DNA of 64,000 nucleotides from Escherichia coli (GTDB lineage Bacteria; Pseudomonadota; Gammaproteobacteria; Enterobacterales; Enterobacteriaceae): NCBI RefSeq assembly GCF_013315695.1, contig NZ_CP054353.1; one strand, 5' to 3'. Shown piece by piece: positions 57,136 to 64,000 of this stretch (position 1 is its first letter; each line of letters starts with the position of its first letter). The notes under the pieces were generated by a model. It saw only the letters and a program-made list of their open reading frames with translations, ran no database searches and was not told where the DNA came from. The position numbers and the translations under genes were made by a program.

Positions 57136-57756
57136 TTATAAGAAAGGCTTCACATCACCTACGCCTTCACGCACCACGACCGGCGTATCATCGGTAAGAT
57201 CAATAACCGTTGTCGGTTTCTGCCCGAGATAGCCACCGTGAATAATCAAATCCACCTGTTTTTCCAGACGGTCTTTAATTTCTTCCGGATCGGATTCGGT
57301 AAATTCACTGCCTGGCAGCATTAGCGAAGTGGAAAGCATCGGTTCGCCCAATGCTTCAAGCAGCGCCTGCGCAATCGGGTTAGACGGCACACGCATACCG
57401 ATGGTTTTGCGTTTTTCCTGCAACAGACGGCGTGGCACTTCCTTCGTCCCCTTCAGGATGAAGGTATAGTTGCCCGGCGTGTTGTTTTTCATTAAACGAA
57501 ACGCAACGTTATCGACAAATGAATAGGTCGAGAGTTCAGAAAGATCGCGACACATCAGGGTAAAGTTGTGACCGTCCGGCAGCTGGCGAATACGACAAAT
57601 ACGCTCCATGGCGTTTTTATCTTCAATTTTACAGCCGAGCGCATAGCCGGAATCAGTTGGATAAACAATCACCCCGCCTTTACGCACGATCTCCACCGCC
57701 TGGTTGATCAGACGTTGCTGCGGGTTATCAGGATGAATATAAAAAAACTGGCTCAT
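57136..57756 (-). CDS. yciO: YrdC/Sua5-family dsRNA-binding protein
   Basis: ORF 57136..57792; start chosen at MSQFFYIHPDNPQQRLINQAVEIVRKGGVIVYPTDSGYALG (206 aa). Confidence 0.9.
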   Translation of the reverse strand: MSQFFYIHPDNPQQRLINQAVEIVRKGGVIVYPTDSGYALGCKIEDKNAMERICRIRQLPDGHNFTLMCRDLSELSTYSFVDNVAFRLMKNNTPGNYTFILKGTKEVPRRLLQEKRKTIGMRVPSNPIAQALLEALGEPMLSTSLMLPGSEFTESDPEEIKDRLEKQVDLIIHGGYLGQKPTTVIDLTDDTPVVVREGVGDVKPFL

Positions 57757-58634
57757 AATTCCCTCTCTGTGGTGTTCTGCGGCTGTTCCCATAGCTGCCA
57801 GACGCCTTCAACGCCTGCGGGCAGCCAGAGTTTACGACCCAGTTCGATCCACGGGCATGGCTGATGAAAATCAGATCCTTGTGATGCCCATAAATGATGC
57901 TGACGCGCAAGTGTCGCCAGCTGGGTGCGTTCATTGGGCGATTGCTGGCACTGCGCGACTTCCATCGCGTCGCCGTGGTGTTCAGCAAAATGCGCAACCA
58001 ATCTTTTCAGCCATTTAGCACTAAGATTGTACCGCCCAGGATGAGCTAGCACCGCCTTACCGCCAGAATGATGAATGACATCAATAGCTTGTTCTATTGT
58101 ACACCACTGTGGCGGAACGTATCCGGTTTTCCCGCGCGCCAGATATTTTTTAAAGACATCCGCCATTGAACTGGCTTTGCCGCACTCCACAAGGAAACGA
58201 GCAAAATGACCGCGCGTCACCGCACCGCCCTGCGCCAGTCGTTGCGCGCCTTCCAGTGCCCCAGGTATTTGCGCTTTTTCAAGTCTTTCGGCAATCAGCT
58301 GCGCCCGCTGATTGCGCCGTTCTGTCTGCTGCGCGAGGAACTCACACATTAGCGGATGAGTAATATCAATATTCAGCCCGACAATATGAATTTCATGATT
58401 TTCCCAGACCGTGGAAATTTCCACGCCGGGAATAAGATTCAGCGCCAGTCCCGAACGTGAAATTTCCTCTCTTGCTGGTGCAATTGCAGCTGTGGTGTCA
58501 TGGTCGGTGATCGCCAGGGTGCCGACGCGCATCTCGACTGCACGGCGCACCAATGCTTCTGGCGTCAGGCAGCCATCGGAAGCTGTGGTATGGCTGTGCA
58601 GGTCGTAAATCACTGCGTAATTCGTGTCGCTCAA
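57753..58634 (-). CDS. trpH: PHP-domain 3'-5' exoribonuclease / nucleotidase
   Basis: 293-aa ORF MSDTNYAVIYDLHSHTTASDGCLTPEALV... (PHP motif HSHT..SDG). Confidence 0.9.
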   Translation of the reverse strand: MSDTNYAVIYDLHSHTTASDGCLTPEALVRRAVEMRVGTLAITDHDTTAAIAPAREEISRSGLALNLIPGVEISTVWENHEIHIVGLNIDITHPLMCEFLAQQTERRNQRAQLIAERLEKAQIPGALEGAQRLAQGGAVTRGHFARFLVECGKASSMADVFKKYLARGKTGYVPPQWCTIEQAIDVIHHSGGKAVLAHPGRYNLSAKWLKRLVAHFAEHHGDAMEVAQCQQSPNERTQLATLARQHHLWASQGSDFHQPCPWIELGRKLWLPAGVEGVWQLWEQPQNTTEREL

Positions 58635-58709
58635 GGCGCACTCCCGTTCTGGATAATGTTTTTTGCGCCGACATCATAACGGTTCTGGCAAATATTCTGA
58701 AATGAGCTG

Positions 58710-58745
58710 TTGACAATTAATCATCGAACTAGTTAACTAGTACGC
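58710..58745 (+). promoter_or_regulatory. trp promoter with TrpR operator
   Basis: -35 TTGACA (58710-58715), -10 TTAACT (58733-58738); operator palindrome CGAACTAGTTAACTAGTACG. Confidence 0.9.
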
Positions 58746-58771
58746 AAGTTCACGTAAAAAGGGTATCGACA

Positions 58772-58816
58772 ATGAAAGCAATTTTCGTACTGAAAGGTTG
58801 GTGGCGCACTTCCTGA
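58772..58816 (+). CDS. trpL: trp leader peptide (14 aa, tandem Trp codons)
   Basis: Hand-translated ATG AAA GCA ATT TTC GTA CTG AAA GGT TGG TGG CGC ACT TCC TGA = [14 protein letters not shown]. Confidence 0.9.
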
Positions 58817-58858
58817 AACGGGCAGTGTATTCACCATGCGTAAAGCAATCAGATACCC

Positions 58859-58887
58859 AGCCCGCCTAATTAGCGGGCTTTTTTTTG
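58859..58887 (+). terminator. trp attenuator (3:4 terminator hairpin + U-run)
   Basis: agcccgc-ctaatta-gcgggct followed by tttttttt, about 20 nt before trpE ATG. Confidence 0.9.
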
Positions 58888-58907
58888 AACAAAATTAGAG
58901 AATAACA

Positions 58908-60470
58908 ATGCAAACACAAAAACCGACTCTCGAACTGCTAACTTGCAAAGGCGCTTATCGCGACAACCCGACTGCGCTTTTTCACCAGTTGTGTGGGGAT
59001 CGTCCGGCAACGCTGCTGCTGGAATCCGCAGATATCGACAGCAAAGATGATTTAAAAAGTCTATTGCTAGTGGACAGTGCGCTGCGCATTACAGCATTAG
59101 GTGACACTGTCACTATTCAGGCACTTTCCGGCAATGGCGAAGCCCTGTTGGCATTACTGGATAACGCCCTGCCTGCGGGTGTGGAAAATGAACAATCACC
59201 AAACTGCCGCGTGCTGCGCTTCCCTCCTGTCAGTCCATTGCTGGATGAAGACGCCCGCTTATGCTCCCTTTCGGTTTTTGACGCTTTCCGCTTATTGCAG
59301 AATCTGTTGAATGTACCGAAGGAAGAACGGGAAGCGATGTTCTTTGGTGGCCTGTTCTCTTACGACCTGGTCGCAGGATTTGAAGATTTACCGCAACTGG
59401 CAGCGGAAAATAACTGCCCTGATTTCTGTTTTTATCTCGCTGAAACGCTGATGGTGATTGACCATCAGAAAAAAAGCACCCGTATTCAGGCCAGCCTGTT
59501 TGCTCCCAATGAAAAAGAAAAACAACGTCTCACTGCTCGCCTGAACGAACTTCGCCAGCAACTGACCGAAACCGCGCCACCGCTGCCGGTGGTTTCCGTG
59601 CCGCATATGCGTTGTGAATGTAATCAGAGCGATGAAGAGTTCGGTGGCGTGGTGCGTTCGTTGCAAAAAGCGATTCGCGCCGGAGAAATTTTCCAGGTGG
59701 TGCCATCTCGCCGTTTCTCTCTACCCTGCCCGTCACCGCTGGCGGCTTATTACGTGCTGAAAAAGAGTAATCCCAGCCCGTACATGTTTTTTATGCAGGA
59801 TAATGATTTCACCCTGTTTGGCGCGTCGCCGGAAAGTTCGCTCAAGTATGACGCCACCAGCCGCCAGATTGAGATCTACCCGATTGCCGGAACACGCCCA
59901 CGCGGTCGTCGTGCCGATGGTTCACTGGACAGAGACCTCGACAGCCGCATCGAACTCGAAATGCGTACCGACCATAAAGAGCTTTCTGAACATCTGATGC
60001 TGGTGGATCTCGCCCGTAATGACCTGGCTCGCATTTGCACACCCGGCAGCCGCTACGTTGCCGATCTCACCAAAGTTGACCGTTACTCTTACGTGATGCA
60101 CCTGGTCTCCCGCGTTGTTGGTGAGCTGCGCCACGATCTCGACGCCCTGCACGCTTACCGCGCCTGTATGAATATGGGGACGTTAAGCGGTGCGCCGAAA
60201 GTACGCGCTATGCAGTTAATTGCCGAAGCAGAAGGTCGTCGACGCGGCAGCTACGGCGGCGCGGTAGGTTATTTTACCGCGCATGGCGATCTCGACACCT
60301 GCATTGTGATCCGCTCGGCGCTGGTGGAAAACGGTATCGCCACCGTGCAAGCCGGTGCTGGCGTAGTCCTTGATTCTGTTCCGCAGTCGGAAGCCGACGA
60401 AACCCGTAATAAAGCCCGCGCTGTACTGCGCGCTATTGCCACCGCGCATCATGCACAGGAGACCTTCTGA
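58908..60470 (+). CDS. trpE: Anthranilate synthase component I
   Basis: 520-aa [51 protein letters not shown]... Confidence 0.95.
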   Translation: MQTQKPTLELLTCKGAYRDNPTALFHQLCGDRPATLLLESADIDSKDDLKSLLLVDSALRITALGDTVTIQALSGNGEALLALLDNALPAGVENEQSPNCRVLRFPPVSPLLDEDARLCSLSVFDAFRLLQNLLNVPKEEREAMFFGGLFSYDLVAGFEDLPQLAAENNCPDFCFYLAETLMVIDHQKKSTRIQASLFAPNEKEKQRLTARLNELRQQLTETAPPLPVVSVPHMRCECNQSDEEFGGVVRSLQKAIRAGEIFQVVPSRRFSLPCPSPLAAYYVLKKSNPSPYMFFMQDNDFTLFGASPESSLKYDATSRQIEIYPIAGTRPRGRRADGSLDRDLDSRIELEMRTDHKELSEHLMLVDLARNDLARICTPGSRYVADLTKVDRYSYVMHLVSRVVGELRHDLDALHAYRACMNMGTLSGAPKVRAMQLIAEAEGRRRGSYGGAVGYFTAHGDLDTCIVIRSALVENGIATVQAGAGVVLDSVPQSEADETRNKARAVLRAIATAHHAQETF

Positions 60471-62065
60471 TGGCTGACATTCTGCTGCTCGATAATATCG
60501 ATTCTTTTACTTACAACCTGGCAGATCAGTTGCGCAGCAATGGTCATAACGTGGTGATTTACCGCAACCATATTCCGGCGCAGACCTTAATTGAACGCCT
60601 GGCGACGATGAGCAATCCGGTGCTGATGCTCTCTCCTGGCCCCGGTGTGCCGAGCGAAGCCGGTTGTATGCCGGAACTCCTCACCCGCCTGCGCGGCAAG
60701 CTGCCAATTATTGGCATTTGCCTCGGTCATCAGGCGATTGTCGAAGCTTACGGGGGCTATGTCGGTCAGGCGGGCGAAATTCTTCACGGTAAAGCGTCGA
60801 GCATTGAACATGACGGTCAGGCGATGTTTGCCGGATTAACAAACCCGCTGCCAGTGGCGCGTTATCACTCGCTGGTTGGCAGTAATATTCCGGCAGGTTT
60901 AACCATCAACGCCCATTTTAATGGCATGGTGATGGCGGTGCGCCATGATGCGGATCGCGTTTGTGGATTCCAGTTCCATCCGGAATCCATTCTTACTACC
61001 CAGGGCGCTCGCCTGCTGGAACAAACGCTGGCCTGGGCGCAGCAGAAACTAGAGCCAACCAACACGCTGCAACCGATTCTGGAAAAACTGTATCAGGCGC
61101 AGACCCTTAGTCAGCAGGAAAGCCACCAGCTATTTTCAGCGGTGGTGCGTGGCGAACTGAAACCGGAACAACTGGCGGCGGCGCTGGTGAGCATGAAAAT
61201 TCGCGGCGAGCACCCGAATGAAATCGCCGGGGCAGCAACCGCGCTACTGGAAAACGCCGCGCCGTTCCCGCGCCCGGATTATCTGTTTGCCGATATCGTC
61301 GGTACTGGCGGTGACGGCAGCAACAGTATCAATATTTCTACCGCCAGTGCGTTTGTCGCCGCGGCCTGCGGGCTGAAAGTGGCGAAACACGGCAACCGTA
61401 GCGTCTCCAGTAAATCCGGCTCGTCGGATCTGCTGGCGGCGTTCGGTATTAATCTTGATATGAACGCCGATAAATCGCGCCAGGCGCTGGATGAGTTAGG
61501 CGTCTGTTTCCTCTTTGCGCCGAAATATCACACCGGATTCCGCCATGCAATGCCGGTTCGCCAGCAACTGAAAACCCGCACCCTGTTCAATGTTCTGGGG
61601 CCATTAATTAACCCGGCGCATCCTCCGCTGGCGTTAATTGGTGTCTACAGCCCGGAGCTGGTGCTGCCGATTGCCGAAACCTTGCGCGTGCTGGGGTATC
61701 AACGCGCGGCGGTGGTGCACAGCGGCGGGATGGATGAAGTTTCATTACACGCGCCGACAATCGTTGCCGAACTGCATGACGGCGAAATTAAAAGCTATCA
61801 GCTCACCGCAGAAGACTTTGGCCTGACACCCTACCACCAGGAGCAATTGGCAGGCGGAACACCGGAAGAAAACCGTGACATTTTAACACGCTTGTTACAA
61901 GGTAAAGGCGACGCCGCCCATGAAGCAGCCGTCGCGGCGAATGTCGCCATGTTAATGCGCCTGCATGGCCATGAAGATCTGCAAGCCAATGCGCAAACCG
62001 TTCTTGAGGTACTGCGCAGTGGTTCCGCTTACGACAGAGTCACCGCACTGGCGGCACGAGGGTAA
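60470..62065 (+). CDS. trpD: Anthranilate synthase component II / anthranilate phosphoribosyltransferase
   Basis: 531-aa ORF; N-terminal GATase (..GICLGHQ..) and C-terminal PRT domains; start overlaps trpE stop. Confidence 0.95.
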   Translation: MADILLLDNIDSFTYNLADQLRSNGHNVVIYRNHIPAQTLIERLATMSNPVLMLSPGPGVPSEAGCMPELLTRLRGKLPIIGICLGHQAIVEAYGGYVGQAGEILHGKASSIEHDGQAMFAGLTNPLPVARYHSLVGSNIPAGLTINAHFNGMVMAVRHDADRVCGFQFHPESILTTQGARLLEQTLAWAQQKLEPTNTLQPILEKLYQAQTLSQQESHQLFSAVVRGELKPEQLAAALVSMKIRGEHPNEIAGAATALLENAAPFPRPDYLFADIVGTGGDGSNSINISTASAFVAAACGLKVAKHGNRSVSSKSGSSDLLAAFGINLDMNADKSRQALDELGVCFLFAPKYHTGFRHAMPVRQQLKTRTLFNVLGPLINPAHPPLALIGVYSPELVLPIAETLRVLGYQRAAVVHSGGMDEVSLHAPTIVAELHDGEIKSYQLTAEDFGLTPYHQEQLAGGTPEENRDILTRLLQGKGDAAHEAAVAANVAMLMRLHGHEDLQANAQTVLEVLRSGSAYDRVTALAARG

Positions 62066-63427
62066 ATGATGCAAACCGTTTTAGCGAAAATCGTCGCAGA
62101 CAAGGCGATTTGGGTAGAAACCCGCAAAGAGCAGCAACCGCTGGCCAGTTTTCAGAATGAGGTTCAGCCGAGCACGCGACATTTTTATGATGCACTTCAG
62201 GGCGCACGCACGGCGTTTATTCTGGAGTGTAAAAAAGCGTCGCCGTCAAAAGGCGTGATCCGTGATGATTTCGATCCGGCACGCATTGCAACCGTCTACA
62301 GAAATTACGCTTCGGCAATTTCGGTGCTGACTGACGAGAAATATTTTCAGGGGAGCTTTGATTTCCTCCCCATTGTCAGCCAAATCGCCCCACAGCCGAT
62401 TTTATGTAAAGACTTTATTATCGACCCTTACCAGATCTATCTGGCGCGCTATTACCAGGCTGATGCCTGCTTATTAATGCTTTCAGTACTGGATGACGAA
62501 CAATATCGCCAGCTTGCCGCCGTCGCCCACAGTCTGGAGATGGGTGTGCTGACCGAAGTCAGTAATGAAGAGGAACTGGAGCGCGCCATTGCATTGGGGG
62601 CAAAGGTCGTTGGCATCAACAACCGCGATCTGCGCGATTTGTCGATTGATCTCAACCGTACCCGCGAGCTTGCACCGAAACTGGGGCACAACGTGACGGT
62701 AATCAGCGAATCCGGCATCAATACTTACGCTCAGGTGCGCGAGTTAAGCCACTTCGCTAACGGTTTTCTGATTGGTTCGGCGTTGATGGCCCATGACGAT
62801 TTGAACGCCGCCGTGCGCCGGGTGTTGCTGGGTGAGAATAAAGTGTGTGGCCTGACGCGTGGGCAAGATGCTAAAGCAGCTTATGACGCGGGCGCGATTT
62901 ACGGTGGGTTGATTTTTGTTGCGACATCACCGCGTTGCGTCAACGTTGAACAGGCGCAGGAAGTGATGGCTGCGGCACCGTTGCAGTATGTTGGCGTGTT
63001 CCGCAATCACGATATTGCCGATGTGGTGGACAAAGCTAAGGTGTTATCGCTGGCGGCAGTGCAACTGCATGGTAAAGAAGATCAGCTGTATATCGACACT
63101 CTGCGTGAGGCTCTGCCAGCACACGTCGCCATCTGGAAGGCTTTAAGTGTCGGTGAAACTCTTCCCGCGCGCGATTTTCAGCACATCGATAAATATGTAT
63201 TCGACAACGGTCAGGGCGGGAGCGGACAACGTTTCGACTGGTCACTATTAAATGGTCAATCGCTTGGCAACGTTCTGCTGGCGGGGGGCTTAGGCGCAGA
63301 TAACTGCGTGGAAGCGGCACAAACCGGCTGCGCCGGACTTGATTTTAATTCTGCTGTAGAGTCGCAACCGGGCATCAAAGACGCACGTCTTTTGGCCTCG
63401 GTTTTCCAGACGCTGCGCGCATATTAA
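62066..63427 (+). CDS. trpC: Indole-3-glycerol phosphate synthase / phosphoribosylanthranilate isomerase
   Basis: 453-aa [39 protein letters not shown]... Confidence 0.95.
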
Positions 63428-63438
63428 GGAAAGGAACA

Positions 63439-64000
63439 ATGACAACATTACTTAACCCGTATTTTGGTGAGTTTGGCGGCATGTACGTGCCACAAATCCT
63501 GATGCCTGCTCTGCGCCAGCTGGAAGAAGCTTTTGTCAGTGCGCAAAAAGATCCTGAATTTCAGGCTCAGTTCAACGACCTGCTGAAAAACTATGCCGGG
63601 CGTCCAACCGCGCTGACCAAATGCCAGAACATTACAGCCGGGACGAACACCACGCTGTATCTGAAGCGCGAAGATTTGCTGCACGGCGGCGCGCATAAAA
63701 CTAACCAGGTGCTGGGACAGGCGTTGCTGGCGAAGCGGATGGGTAAAACGGAAATCATCGCCGAAACCGGAGCCGGTCAGCATGGCGTGGCGTCGGCCCT
63801 TGCCAGCGCCCTGCTCGGCCTGAAATGCCGTATTTATATGGGTGCCAAAGACGTTGAACGCCAGTCGCCAAACGTTTTTCGTATGCGCTTAATGGGTGCG
63901 GAAGTGATCCCGGTACATAGCGGTTCCGCGACGCTGAAAGATGCCTGTAACGAGGCGCTGCGCGACTGGTCCGGCAGTTATGAAACCGCGCACTATATGC
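63439..64000 (+). CDS. trpB: Tryptophan synthase beta chain, N-terminal part; runs off window end
   Basis: ATG at 63439 after [38 protein letters not shown]...; no stop inside the window. Confidence 0.9.

Noticed and set aside
58866..58872. trp attenuator loop reads ctaatta rather than the ctaatga I remember for K-12
   Set aside because: A single loop substitution that leaves the stem and U-run intact, and my memory of the reference base is not reliable enough to call it a variant.

Overview
This window is an Escherichia/Shigella-type chromosomal segment, collinear with (but inverted relative to) the E. coli K-12 trp-topA-fabI-sap-puu-psp region as I recall it. Gene order: ycjN(partial)-ycjM-pspEDCBA/pspF-puuEBCR/puuD/puuA/puuP-ymjA-sapABCDF-[efflux locus]-fabI-yciW-rnb-pdeR-yciZ-yciT-osmB-yciH-pyrF-lapBA-pgpB-ribA-acnA-yciX-ymiA-cysB-topA-yciN-sohB-yciK-btuR-[low-GC island + IS1]-rluB-yciQ-yciO-trpH-trpL-trpEDC-trpB(partial). 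Two segments are not part of that backbone. (1) About 20.6-28.1 kb, between sapF and fabI, carries a co-directional TetR regulator, membrane-fusion lipoprotein, RND pump, NodT-type outer-membrane factor (apparently frameshifted) and a Bcr/CflA-type MFS pump. (2) About 51.85-54.1 kb, between btuR and rluB, is a low-GC two-gene module: a 333-aa lipoprotein and a tightly coupled 102-aa protein of unknown function. A complete 768-bp IS1 with a 9-bp target duplication sits in the lipoprotein signal-peptide codons. The second module is my best candidate for an undescribed system, but its function cannot be assigned from sequence alone. Apparent frameshifts in the OMF gene and in yciW, plus the IS1 insertion, suggest gene decay or assembly errors. 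No rRNA, tRNA or CRISPR array was found. All gene identities are from reading the translations and remembered family features; no database search was run.
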